DNA of 63,508 bases, counting the filler, from Octopus bimaculoides (lineage: Eukaryota): assembly GCF_001194135.2 (NCBI RefSeq). It is 6 parts of 6 records of this genome, joined end to end, with 100 filler letters (N's around TTAATTAATTAA, not from the genome) between each part and the next. Parts side by side here need not be neighbours in the genome. Positions count along the whole stretch, not along the records: positions 41,081 to 54,422 come from NC_068990.1; 5 more parts are not named here. One strand, written 5' to 3'. Both the position numbers and the translations under genes were made by a program. Below the pieces are notes generated by a model. The model was given only the letters and a program-made list of their open reading frames with translations, searched no databases and had not been told where the DNA came from. Positions 41,504 to 54,031 of this stretch are shown piece by piece. Positions within the stretch are counted from its first letter, which is position 1. Every line of letters begins with the position of its first letter.

Positions 41504-41553
<50 letters not shown>
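41425..41553. repeat. (GATA)n tetranucleotide microsatellite; one example of dozens of (AT)n, (AC)n, (TACA)n, (AAT)n, (CT)n and (ACT)n tracts
   Basis: Read directly from the sequence. Confidence 0.95.
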
Positions 41554-41554
<1 letters not shown>

Positions 41555-42104
41555 TAATGTGTGTGTGTTTTATATTTTATATATGTATCATGTTTATATC
41601 TAATTTTTCCCCTTGTCTTATGATATTTGAACTTGTACATATTTTGCGATTATCTTTTTTCTAAGCTTTTTTTCTTTTTTACTTTCCATGACAATATTTT
41701 CAAACCTTTTTACCGCTGACGTGTATATAGTTGAGATAATTACTCAACAACATATCTATGATTGTGTTCATTCACAAATACGTCTCTTTACAGCTGGAAT
41801 TATATGAAATTCAAATATTTTTATTTTTCATTTCAGAAAAATATATATATATATATAAATATAAATAATATTTACTAAAACCGAAGGTAGATAGAAACCT
41901 GTCATTTTGTTTCAACTTAAATGCAAGTCATTTGATTCAGATGTGGAATTATAGGTCGCGAAACAAACCGTGTAAAATTGCATAGATTATCAGGCTGTTT
42001 GTGATGCTACTACTGCTGTTTTAGTTCGAGTTTCTGTTATCGTAATTTTTTTGTATTTATTTGCCTACGTCATAAGAAATATAATGTAAAAGAATTTGTA
42101 GATA

Positions 42105-42310
42105 TTGGATTTAGTATTTGGTACGAGGCCAGCAATTTTGGGAGAAAAGCTAAATTGATCACATCAACCCAAATGTTCAACTGATGCTTATCGACGCCGA
42201 ATGGATGAAAGGCAGTAGATGATCTCTGCAGAATTTGAACTCAGAACGTAAGACGGACGAAATGCCGCTAAGCATTATGCCCTCCGTGCTAACGATTCTG
42301 CGAGCTCGAT
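42105..42310 (-). mobile_element. SINE family B
   Basis: gaatttgaactcagaacgtaagacggacgaaatgccgctaagcatt...gctaacgattctg matches the family B reverse complement. Confidence 0.85.
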
Positions 42311-42424
42311 ACCTTGACAATGCGTAAATATTAGAATGGAACAAGTTGCCGACGATCCATGTGATTATCATTTGTGTTTGCCTTTTTCACCATTTGGGGG
42401 TGAAGTGGGCTGAAAAAGGAAGAA

Positions 42425-42718
42425 ATGGAGTGTGAACCTGTTCCAGCACATGCGGAAAGTTATGCTTCAGCAACTGGTAAAGGTACAGATTTGCTAGAAG
42501 TGCGTGAAATAAAAATTGAACAGAAGAAGCTGAAGGAACACTACGGGCTTATTCAGAAGGTGGGATACAGTTTAAAGCTGACCCCTCCACAAGAGGTGAC
42601 AACAAGTACCAATAAAGGAACAGTGGTATACAGAACTCTACCTACAGTCACAATGAAAATGGAGAGAGCTACAGAAAAAGCTATTGAAGAATATCTGAAT
42701 GGAGGCATCTTACTCTGA
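42425..42718 (+). pseudogene. Orphan 97-codon ORF, possibly a frameshifted relic extending to 42854; product unknown
   Basis: Non-repetitive, protein-like composition. A 48-codon open frame (YSESDNFTINYRQLATDD...) starts 1 nt out of phase just before the stop. No family recognised. Confidence 0.3.
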
Positions 42719-43253
42719 ATCTGATAATTTCACTATCAACTATCGTCAGTTAGCCACTGATGATAGAAAGGACGCCATTCATACCTACGCGTTCTCTGTT
42801 TTTACACGCATTACCTATAAAGATATTTCTTTTCCAAGATTGTTATCGCCGTGAAGCTTTTTCCACATTTGAATATACACAAATGTGTAAAATATATATT
42901 TTCATAGGTCTATTTTAATCACTGCTGTTTAATGTGCATCTAATGAAATAGTTTTGAAAAGCTTTGCATACACCAGCAAATTTATCATTTGTTGTTTGAA
43001 TATAAGAGCGCTCATTCTTAGTGAACAACAGATTCCTTATGTGTAGATAATGAAGGGTAACAACGCAGAAACATATGTCTTTCGTCTGATTATAATATTT
43101 TTCACGGGTGGTTGATGAGGAATATTTGTATCCCGAAACAATTGGCGATGCGAAGATTTTTTTCCACATTTGAGTGCCCGTAAACATATCGAATATAAAA
43201 GTACACGACCATATGTTAAGCATCGCTGCTTAGAGTGGCTCAAATTGTTTTCT

Positions 43254-43289
<36 letters not shown>

Positions 43290-43964
43290 ATGATGATGAT
43301 GATAATGATAAGGAAAGTAGGTAAGTGTACGCTTAGAGGGAAAGGTATGTAACTTCAAACTCATCGTCCTCATTAAAGTCACCAAAAGCAACAGGATAAT
43401 TGTCCTCCTTGTTTACGTTATCATCATCATCGTCATTAACATTATCATCATCATTATCATCATCAAAATCACCCTCGTCGTCGTCTTCGTCGTCGTCACT
43501 TCAACATCAATTTTCCCTTCAAGCCATAGCTTGAATGGCCCTGAAGTATGCGAAATCGTTTTTCACCTCAAACATGTCTCGCCATGCCTTGGAAGCCCGC
43601 CATCTTGCCATATGACCTTACCAGTCTTCCCAATATCTTTCAGTGTCATCCTTTGTCAACAAACCATTTTTTGGCTCGTCATTTTACAATGATATAAACT
43701 TGGTGAGATCAATACTTTAGCCGTGACATTAGTTAGTTCGATGCAGTTTAAGTAGACAAAACTACTTCAAACACGAGATTTGAATGCTGAAAATATAAAG
43801 AATACTTTGAGCAACTTTTAAACAAGCTAGATGCATAAGTGTAATGTGACGAAGAGTTAAAGTCACTTAAATCTTCTAAAAAGGAAAACATACAATTTAC
43901 TAAAAGCTTGCCACTCATGAATATACAAATAATGTATTAAAGCTCACAAGATCGATCGAATCTA

Positions 43965-44182
43965 CGAAGGGGTGCTGAAAAGTTCCTGGCTTTAAGGGTG
44001 TCACGAAAGACCTGGTTGGTGGACCAACCTTCTGAGTTCTTTTACAGGTTTTAAAAAAATCTGAAGGACCGTTGCAATATGTGTGTGAATCTGAGAGGGG
44101 AATACTTTGAATAAAATCATAATTAATTGATTCTCCGCTATTTTCTTCTACACATAGTCAAGAACTTTCCAGTACCCCTTCG
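43965..44182. mobile_element. Mariner-derived MITE with ~27-bp TIRs and TA target duplication
   Basis: TA|cgaaggggtgctgaaaagttcctggct ... agtcaagaactttccagtaccccttcg|TA. Confidence 0.9.
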
Positions 44183-44384
44183 TATATTTAGGTTTTGTCG
44201 TGGTGCGTGTGAATTTTAAGTGATTGGCTTGTTAGTTCCAAAACGTTTAGAGGTCTGACATAGTGTAGACAAAGATATTTGTTTACCAAAGAAATGTTGG
44301 AACCAAGGGTTCGTGTAGCCAATATTCTAACAAAATATATAGTAAATTCTTCAGTTCTATATTTAAGAGATGAGAAATTATATA

Positions 44385-44500
44385 TATTATTTACATTTGA
44401 CGGATATTTGTCTTTATCTTGTTTGTTGTTAACACAACGTTTCGGCTGATATACCCTCCAGACTTCATCAGGTGTCTTGGGAAAATTTCGAACCTGGGTT

Positions 44501-44543
<43 letters not shown>

Positions 44544-44614
44544 TCACTGCCTGGAATCGAACTTGGAATCTTGGGGTTAGTAGCCCGCGCTGTAAACCAC
44601 TACGCCATATGCCC
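44385..44614 (-). mobile_element. SINE family E: tRNA-like head + (AAT)n + hammerhead-bearing tail
   Basis: Minus strand reads gggcatatggcgtagtgg (A-box)...caagttcgattcc (B-box)...(aat)n-gagaacccaggttcgaaatt..caagacacctgatgaag... Same architecture as 48567-48825. Confidence 0.85.
44431..44476 (-). ncRNA. Minimal type I hammerhead ribozyme motif (Penelope-associated type)
   Basis: GACAC-CUGAUGA-A-GUCUG(GAGGGUAUAU)CAGCC-GAA-ACGU-U-GUGUU. Stem I GACAC/GUGUU has 5 pairs, the core is intact, stem II has 4 of 5 pairs, and the self-complementary ACGU stem III could form only in a dimer. Confidence 0.7.
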
Positions 44615-45651
44615 GAAACGTTGTGTTAACAACAAACGAGATGAGGAAAAATATCCGTCAAACGTAAATAATGTGGATAATTTATGGTAAACTATTGTCT
44701 GTAATTATCATTTACTTCAGCGGTGATCGTAGAATATACATAAAACCATTTTGATATTGCATTAGAAAAGCAAAATGTATATCTAACAAGAGCTTAAGTG
44801 GATCAGTGGATTAGTTGCGGAATATTTATTTAGAGGGGAAACGCTGCATTGTTGACGCATATATTGTGTTAGAGATCTATGAACTTGCTTCATGTAATTT
44901 GAATCATTTTCTCCAAATCGTGATTATATTGAGAGTATATAGCTTTTTCTTTTGTCTTGGTCTTCAGATTTTCTTCTAAATTACTCATGTCAGCTTTCAG
45001 ATTTCCTCTTCTGACAGCTTTATCTTACTCACATCGGATTTTTCCTGAATCCAAGTGAAAAATATCAACATTATTCATATACAAAATTTCCTGCTTTCTG
45101 TACTCTCATCAATATTGATACTAACCGTGGCCATCCCATTCCTCAAAATCCTTCGATATCCTTCCTTGCTCTCATTGAGAGTTCTATATTATTTTCACCG
45201 AGTTCTTTAATAAATCGCTTCAAGCTGGCTTCGAACCATTTGTATTCTTCAAACGAAGTCGATTTTCTTTACAAGGGAATTCTATGCTGTAGTGTGAGAT
45301 TCTCGTTACAGACGTCCCGTTATTTTGTTTGATTTGCGACCACAACTACTTCTAATGTCACATACTGAAGTATGCGAAATTTCGTGCACATAGTTTTCTC
45401 CTCCTTATTTTCCCCTCTCCATTGTTTTTCTCTTCTTCTTTATCACAGAAACCTGAAGAATATACATTGTTCTGGCACTTTGAATTCTGATAGCAAATCT
45501 TGCTGAGGTGAACTTTGTCATCCGTCCGATATCGATAAAGTAACAGTCAAGTATTGAGATCGATATATTCGACTCACCTTCCCGTCAATTGCTGACATTA
45601 TGCAGAAATCAGAACCAATTCTATCAGATGTTGCTGTTGTTGTTGTTGTTG

Positions 45652-45921
45652 CTAAGTCGGTGAGCTGGCAGAATCGATAGCACGCTGCACGAAATGCTTA
45701 GTGGCATTTCGTCCATCTGTCCGTTCTAAGTTCAAATTCCAACGAAGTCCACTTTGTCTTTCATCATTTCGGGTCGATAAAATAAGTACCAGTTGATGTA
45801 ATCAACCTGCTACCCCATCCATCCTGAAATTGCGGGCGTTGTGCCAAAATTTACAACTATTATCCTCATCATCCTCATCATCATCATTATTATCATCATT
45901 ATTATTATCATTATTATTATT

Positions 45922-45962
<41 letters not shown>

Positions 45963-46320
45963 TATCATTATTATTATTATCATCATCATCAAGGCGAAGA
46001 GCTGGCAGAAATGTTAGCAGGCCGTACATCGACCCCAGTGCGTAACTGGTACTTAATTTATCGACCCCAAAAGAATGAAAGGCAAAGTCGATCTCGGCGG
46101 AATTTGAACTCAAAACGTAACGGCAGACGAAATACCGCTAAGCATTTCGCCCGGTGTGCTAACGATTCTGCCAGCTCGCCGCCCTGAGTTCAAATTCTGC
46201 CGAGGTCGACTTTGCCCTTCATCCTTTCGGGGTCGATAAATTAGGTATTGGTAAAACACTGGTGTCAATGTCATTGACTCTTCCCCTTCCGCAAAATGTC
46301 AGACCTTGTATCTTTTAGAA
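45652..46320. mobile_element. SINE family B cluster: plus copy (~45652-45870) and plus copy (45991-46320) containing an inverted copy (46025-46183)
   Basis: Head aaggcgaagagctggcagaa at 45991, reverse-complement copy ending ccagctcgccgcc at 46183, then plus-strand ctgagttcaaattc core from 46184. Confidence 0.85.
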
Positions 46321-46330
46321 GAAAAGATTA

Positions 46331-46410
<80 letters not shown>

Positions 46411-47829
46411 GCTTTTGTCCTTGTTGCAGTTCCTGACTTTCTTCCTTTGATCTTTGCCATTGTCCTTCTTGCTGCTTATTTGGCCGCTGCTCTCATTTGG
46501 GCGTCTGGGCGATTAGTCCGAACCAAATACAGCGGTCAATTATAACAATATTACATATTCCGGTCTCAAACGTATTTCTTTGCATCAATTTTAGAAATGT
46601 CACGTCAGCCATATACGATTAACCTTTTAACAAAATTAACGTCGATAATAAGTTTAGACATGCGTTTAATCCTCCAGAGTTTTGTCTACTAACCTTTTTA
46701 GTCATCAAGAGTTATTGAGACAGCTCATAACATTTCAGAGTTAGTTGTCACTGTAAACTTTGATGTACTTTTGCCCTTGTTCTTATACCAGAATTGATCG
46801 TGTATTCGCAGTTTATTTCACGCCTGTTTTGGTTTGCATAGAAATTAACAGCTTAATGATAAACGGTGATAAACCAGCGCGTTATTTATTAAATATAAAG
46901 TACAAAAATCCCACAATATATATAAAGTGGCCTCTGTTAATATGAAGAATGTGAGATGATGGTCATTCCTGTCGATTTCGAATGTAAGAATTTCTGAACG
47001 AGAGGCTCTAAAAAGAAACTGTATTTATTTGCGATGGATGCGTGAATGTAATTTTAGTCCAGGGGTGGATTGTGGTATGAATTCACAATGGGGGCAGTTA
47101 TGATTTTCATCTTGCCTGGGACTGGACAAACGTGTATCTTGATTGTGTAGAATCCTTTTATTGTTCTGTTTCTTCAGTTTACATTGTTTAGAAGTATCAT
47201 AACACATTTTATGCCACTCAGATTAATCTAGGCAATAAACCTTCTCAAGATATTAAAATTAAGTTTTCGGGATTTTAGTGAACGCTTCAGCTTATCTTTA
47301 TATCGAAGGAGAATGTTTAATTGACCGTGGAATATCTCTCCTTTTTAGACATCACAACAGAATTTTCGGAATTCGATCATCTTGCCCTGAAACAACATGT
47401 CCTGTACTGAATTCTCAACACCATTCTTTCGATACTGGAGATTTCACGTACTTCCTTGTGTCGATAAAGTTAAGAAGGCACAAGTAAGGGTTGCAAAAAC
47501 ATATTAACTCGAAAACATGCTTTCAGGTTTTGAAATTTTCAGAAGGTTTTTTGCTAATCATATTGTTGGAATGAGGCTAACAGGATATCGATGCGCCCAC
47601 ACAATTTTGCTCTACTGTCAAAAAAAAAATAATAAAATGATTATGTTCATATTGTCGTGATGTTGTGGTATAAAACAAAGATTAGATTTGATTTAAGATC
47701 TGAACGTTAAATGTAGTTAACAACAGGAACAACCAGGAGAAAGAAAACTACTGCTCGGCTGATCACAAGTAGCTGACAGTTTGTTACGCAGATTAATATT
47801 TTCCCCAATTAATGCCGATGGTCCGTCCT

Positions 47830-48190
47830 CTCATCCATCCATGCATTCAGCTCTATTCCTGGATAGGTCGTAGGGTTATAGTCCTTAGGCACCTCATCCA
47901 TAGGGCCCTGTCTGAATCAACTGTCACTATATTTTCCAGCTGGATTCCCGAACGTGACTTACTAAGATTATTGATATTATCCAGCAAATTCTTTCTTGCT
48001 ATACCCCTAGATATCCTACTTATTGACTCGCCTTGACGAGTCTTTCTATCCTTTCCTACAACACTCTAATCATGTATCCGTAGTGTCGGACCTCCGACCT
48101 TTCAATGCACAGAAACAGCGGCTCGAACGCGAGAGACTACGTCATCCTCAAGCTACACACCCTGTACAGTAACGTTGCCCCAGAAACCCT
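47830..48190 (-). mobile_element. RTE-clade LINE 3' end, degenerate
   Basis: Minus translation FEPLFLCIERSEVRHYGYMIRV (compare LLRIERSQLRWFGHV.RM) and LLDNINNLSKSRSGIQLENI...DRALW, followed by a GGATGGATG tail. Confidence 0.75.
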
Positions 48191-48361
48191 TCAGAGAAAT
48201 CCCGTTTTGGCCACTTGTGTTTGCAATCATACACTTTTGGTCATTAACTACTATTTATGACACAAAATGAAGATATGCATGAAAACTGAATCTAAGATAG
48301 CAAGTACACTTTTTTACTAAGCTCTCCCTTTTTGTGAATCGAAATTATTATTATTATTATA

Positions 48362-48417
<56 letters not shown>

Positions 48418-48440
48418 CATTATTATTATTATTATCATTA

Positions 48441-48487
48441 TTCAGGCCACTGCCTGGAATCGAACTCGGAATCTTGGGGTTAGTAGC
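48441..48487 (-). mobile_element. SINE family E head fragment, head-to-head with the 48567 copy
   Basis: ttcaggccactgcctggaatcgaactcggaatcttggggttagtagc is the reverse complement of the family E B-box region, preceded by (ATT)n. Confidence 0.8.
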
Positions 48488-48566
48488 ATATAGGAACCGG
48501 TATTAAGGAAGAATAGGAAAATATTAGATTTATAAGCCCACTAAAATTCACTCCATAATTGTACAC

Positions 48567-48825
48567 GGGCATATGGCGCAGTGGTTAAGAGCGCGGGCTA
48601 CTAACCCCAAGATTCCGAGTTCGATTCCAAGCAGTGACCCGAATAATAATAATAATAACAACATAGAAAAATACTTTAGGAATGAGAACATAAGAACCCA
48701 GGTTCGAAATTTCCTCAAGACACCTGATGAACGCTGGAGGGTATATCAGCCGAAAGTTGTGTTAACAAAAAACAAGATGAGGACAAGAATTTATTAAATG
48801 TAAAAAATGTAAATAATGTACATGT
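48567..48825 (+). mobile_element. SINE family E with degenerate hammerhead motif (48719-48763)
   Basis: A-box TGGCGCAGTGG (48574-84), B-box GAGTTCGATTCC (48617-28), (AAT)n, then GACAC-CTGATGA-A-CGCTG..CAGCC-GAAA-GTT-GTGTT (stem III C lost). Confidence 0.85.
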
Positions 48826-50847
48826 TCTAACAATCTGACTTATCCATAGTAAACAGTTTGAAAAGTGACGATGTCAGTTCTCAAAAACGGTCTCTTACAA
48901 TTGTTATAGACTAGCAATATGTAAATTAAAATTGTCATATTAACACGTAAAACTATTTTCATGTACTGCAAAGGTGTTCAGCTTCCTATAGAATTAAAAC
49001 AGAAATCCCATATAGAAAAGAATGATTCCGATAACGAAGGACAATAAAATGTTATTCAGGAATGGGGTAGTGGCTGGGTATTGTAAACGAAATTGATAAA
49101 CATATTTTTTGATAAATATACAAAAAATTAGGATAACAAAAATTACTGCGAAAGACCATTATTTAAGAACTAGCGGTGTAGTGCTTATCATTCCTTATAA
49201 ATCCGTCGAAGCCATTTCTAGTAGTAGTAGTAGTAGTAGTAGTAGAAGCATCTGCAGCAATAGCAATAGTTCCTGTTTCTTGATGTCGATGGTGATAGTG
49301 ATGGTAATGGTGATGATGGTATTGAAGTAGCTGCTGGCGTTGCAGATTAAAATTTGAGACTTCGATGAAAAGAAATATATACGACAGCTGTTTCGTTTCC
49401 AGACAGAATTACAGACGAAGGGTTTCTATTTGAAGAACAGCTTCACAAGGAATCTATTTTGTGCCATCTCCTGTACAAGACATCTTATCACGGCAGTAAA
49501 TAGGAAATTCTGATTACTTGTTAAATTGATATATGTGTCTACTTGTGCGTGTATCTGATTTATGTGTGCGACTGTGTTTGCGTGTATATATANNNNNNNN
49601 NNNNNNNNNNNNNNNNNNNNNNNNNNNNNNNNNNNNNNNNNNNNNNNNNNNNNNNNNNNNNNNNNNNNNNNNNNNNNNNNNNNNNNNNNNNNNNNNNNNN
49701 NNNNNNNNNNNNNNNNNNNNNNNNNNNNNNNNNNNNNNNNNNNNNNNNNNNNNNNNNNNNNNNNNNNNNNNNNNNNNNNNNNNNNNNNNNNNNNNNNNNN
49801 NNNNNNNNNNNNNNNNNNNNNNNNNNNNNNNNNNNNNNNNNNNNNNNNNNNNNNNNNNNNNNNNNNNNNNNNNNNNNNNNNNNNNNNNNNNNNNNNNNNN
49901 NNNNNNNNNNNNNNNNNNNNNNNNNNNNNNNNNNNNNNNNNNNNNNNNNNNNNNNNNNNNNNNNNNNNNNNNNNNNNNNNNNNNNNNNNNNNNNNNNNNN
50001 NNNNNNNNNNNNNNNNNNNNNNNNNNNNNNNNNNNNNNNNNNNNNNNNNNNNNNNNNNNNNNNNNNNNNNNNNNNNNNNNNNNNNNNNNNNNNNNNNNNN
50101 NNNNNNNNNNNNNNNNNNNNNNNNNNNNNNNNNNNNNNNNNNNNNNNNNNNNNNNNNNNNNNNNNNNNNNNNNNNNNNNNNNNNNNNNNNNNTATACAGA
50201 GAGAGAGACATATATACATGTATGTATGTATGTCTGTCTGTATGTATGTATGAATGTAGTACACATTGTAACGGAAACGTGAATACATATAAAATTGAAT
50301 CTTTCAATGATGTTTCGTAGGTTATCAGTTTCCTTCTTTGTGGCTTTCTGTCTATGTCTAAAAATATGATGTCATATAAGTACATACACACATATATGTA
50401 TACATATAGAAAGATAGATAGATCGATAGATAGATAGATAGACATACATGCATACACACACATATATAAGCACACGCACATTCTTGCCGAGAGAGATGTG
50501 GGAGAATTATTCACCCGTTGAAGCGAGGGAACATGCATGCGGTGTTAAGGATGTTTCGGAATAGAGTTCCTGTAAGGGGCGTCAGAATTAGAAAGTAGGA
50601 AGAAGAAATGTCCCCTATATATTTAGTGCTTTCGAGTGGGGTTACCCAGTCGTTAATGACAATTGTTTTCTGTGAATTAAAAGGAGATGAGGTTCGTTCT
50701 ATAACAATTACTGGTGTGTTTACATTTAGCGTGAATGAGTTTTTTGGTGTGCTCTTTGCGTAACGTCAAATATGTGAGGAGAACTAAGTGCTTTGACTTC
50801 GGTTTGTGCTGCATTTCTTGTGGCAAGTAAGTCACCTGTAATTTTTT

Positions 50848-51050
50848 TTCTGCTATAGGCACAAGGCCTGAAAATTTGTGGGCGGGGTTTCAGTCGATCA
50901 AGTACCAGTCAGCAACTGGTACTTAATTTTTCGACCCCGAAGGATGAAAGGCAAATTCGACCTCGGCGGAATTTGAACTCAGAACGTAGCGACAGACAAA
51001 ATACTAAGCATTTCGCCCGACTTGCTAACGTTTCTGCCAGCTCCCCGCCA
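50848..51050 (-). mobile_element. SINE family B, well preserved
   Basis: cgaccccgaaaggatgaaaggcaaattcgacctcggcggaatttgaactcagaacg...tctgccagctccccgcc. Confidence 0.9.
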
Positions 51051-51145
51051 CATATATTTTTTTCTGTAATGTAATATAACAGACCACACATTTATGCATA
51101 TACATACACACACACATATATATATATACGTGTATATGTATGCGC

Positions 51146-51179
<34 letters not shown>

Positions 51180-52360
51180 GCGCATACATATACACGCACA
51201 CATATATACACACATACATATACATACTCAAACACATATACACACATATATATATATATACATATACACACACATATACACACATACATATACATGCTCA
51301 AACACATAAACACGTACACACATATACACGTACACGCATATACACATATATACACACAAACCTACACACGCACACATATACACACAGATATATACACATA
51401 CATACATAAATTGCAGTACTCATTATATGTGTGTGTTTATGTGTGTATGCACGCGCGCATGCGTGTGGGCGTGAAGACCGACAAGGACACTGACTCCTGT
51501 TGAGTTTTATGAACCCATAGCGACATGAGATATTTCCTTATTTTTTCATTTTCCGTAGCGTTGTGCTACGAATGAGGAGTGATTTCTTGGCTCGTAATAT
51601 CATCTTGTTTTCTTTGTCTTTCATTGTTGTGACTGTTTTAGCAAATTTCAGATTTGCAATAGCCTTTGGCATGGATATTTCTGCCTCATAGACCTCATTG
51701 ACAAACTGAAAGGAAAAAGCACTTATTTTTGTTATTTAACATCTTCACGAACCATTGAATCATTTGTGTATTCCTCCAAAGAATTAAGTTCAGGTGTGCT
51801 TTCGCTTTCACTATGAATGTTGCTGACATTCTTAAAGGCTGTATTAATCCGATGTGTTCATTTTATTTATTATATTTTTTGTGGTGTTTCCGTTGTTATT
51901 TATGAAGATTTTGGTGTTCGCATATTTACTTCGTTTTCAGTTTCATGCTGGTCGTTATTTTTTCTTTCTATGTTTTATCTCGCTAAAGAACGTATAGTTT
52001 CGTTTTGTGACGGTGCTGAAACCCGAAGTAGAAAAGAGACGTCTGTTAGTAGTTCGACTTATGAAGTTTCGGGTTCTTGTCATATCCACAAAACTACCCA
52101 CAGATTTGGACTACCTCGTTGCTGTTGATTTTCTGATTTTGCTAAGTTTCTGAAGAATACACCTTTGGTTGTTGAGGAGTAATTCTCTTGATTATCGGTC
52201 ATATAGGAATAAAAATATGACTGCATCTTTATAGATGATGCAGGGTAAAGAGTTAAAGAATTATATGTTTGTGTATATGTGTGTATGNNNNNNNNNNNNN
52301 NNNNNNNNNNNNNNNNNNNNNNNNNNNNNNNNNNNNNNNNNNNNNNNNNNNNNNNNNNNN

Positions 52361-52392
<32 letters not shown>

Positions 52393-52899
52393 TACAGACA
52401 TGTATGTATATATATATGGGTTTATGTGTATGTACAGAAATAGATATGTATGCATGCATGCAACTGCATCGATGTATGCATTAATTCACACGCACTTTTG
52501 CAACAAGATTACAATTCATAATCATATGTGAATGCACATCCGTATATAACAGACCAAATAGACGTATACTTTAATAATGAACTATATCAAAAGAAAAAAG
52601 AAAGAAAGAAAAAGGCACATAAGTACAACCCCCGACAACATTACCACCACCATCATCTCCGCCGCAACCATCCGAAAATATAAAATATTCCGATATACAA
52701 ACAAAATGACGGAAATTCCAAAAAGGAAAAGAAAATTTAAAATTTAAAATTTGCAAATGAAACTTAAAAATGAATGAAGAATTATTTCTTGCAAATGTAT
52801 ATGTGACTATGTACATTTATGTTTGTAGATATGTGTGTATGGATAAATACGTAAATGATTGTTGTTACACACACACATACACATAATATATATACATAC

Positions 52900-52962
<63 letters not shown>

Positions 52963-53148
52963 TCTACATATGCAGGTAGATATTATCTCAGTTTTCCCTC
53001 TTCTTCTCTCTCTCTCTCTCTCTTTTTCCCTATATATATAGATATGTACATGTACATGTATTATATATAGATATGTACATGTACATGTATGTATGTATAT
53101 CTAAATGTATGCAAGTATGTGTCTATATATATATAGATGTATTTATGC

Positions 53149-53182
<34 letters not shown>

Positions 53183-53997
53183 ATACATACGCATATGTAT
53201 ATTTGCATGCATATACTATCACTGTGTTCCTCTCTTTCTCTCTCTCTCTCTCTTTCTCTCTCACTGTTTCTATCACACTCCCTCTTTCCATCTTTCCTTC
53301 TTTCTTTCTCCTTCTCTCTCTCTTTCACTCACTCACTCTCCCTCCATCTCTCCTTCTCTACCTATCCCTCCTTCTGTTAACTTCAAAAGTTATCTCCTGA
53401 GAAATGCCATATTTTCAGACATCGCTATGTATGGAAAGAATTTCTCCATGAAACAAAGGTGCGAGAAATAATCTAAACACTCAAAGAAATGTTTTCCAAT
53501 ATAATCTTCTTCCTTCTGTTTCATCTCAACATATTTTCCTTTCCTTCTATACCGTATATTTCGTAGATTTTTTTTTTTTTGCACTATTTTTCGTATCCTT
53601 TTTGTTAAGTCTTTTCTTGATGTTTTGTTGTCATTTTTGTATTTCTATATTTCTTGGTATTTTTTTTTTCTTGTGCTGTTGTATTAAAATCGTTTTGTTT
53701 TAGAGTATTCCACGCCTTATTTTCTGCTATTTACTTTTGTTGTTTTGTTCTTTGCCTTTTGTTTTCAGTGTAAATTATAATTAAAACGTCCTACATAGTT
53801 TGTTTCTGTCTGTTAATGATATAAATTACGTTTTTCCATCTGTACAGATTCTAGCATTATGCATATGTGTATTTATGTATATATAAAGTCTGTCTGTGTG
53901 AGTACATATATTTGTATACACACACACACATATATAGAGAGAGATAGACGTATATATATGTATGTACATATATGTGTATACATATTATATACACATA

Positions 53998-54031
<34 letters not shown>

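Noticed and set aside
42755-42775. CTGATGA-TA-GAAA and similar core-like strings (e.g. GAAAC-AGCT-GTC on the minus strand near 49390)
   Set aside because: They lack stem II or the other half of the core, so they are not counted as hammerheads.
45000-45300. Protein-like minus-strand frames with several stops
   Set aside because: No identifiable family, and could be chance in purine-rich sequence.
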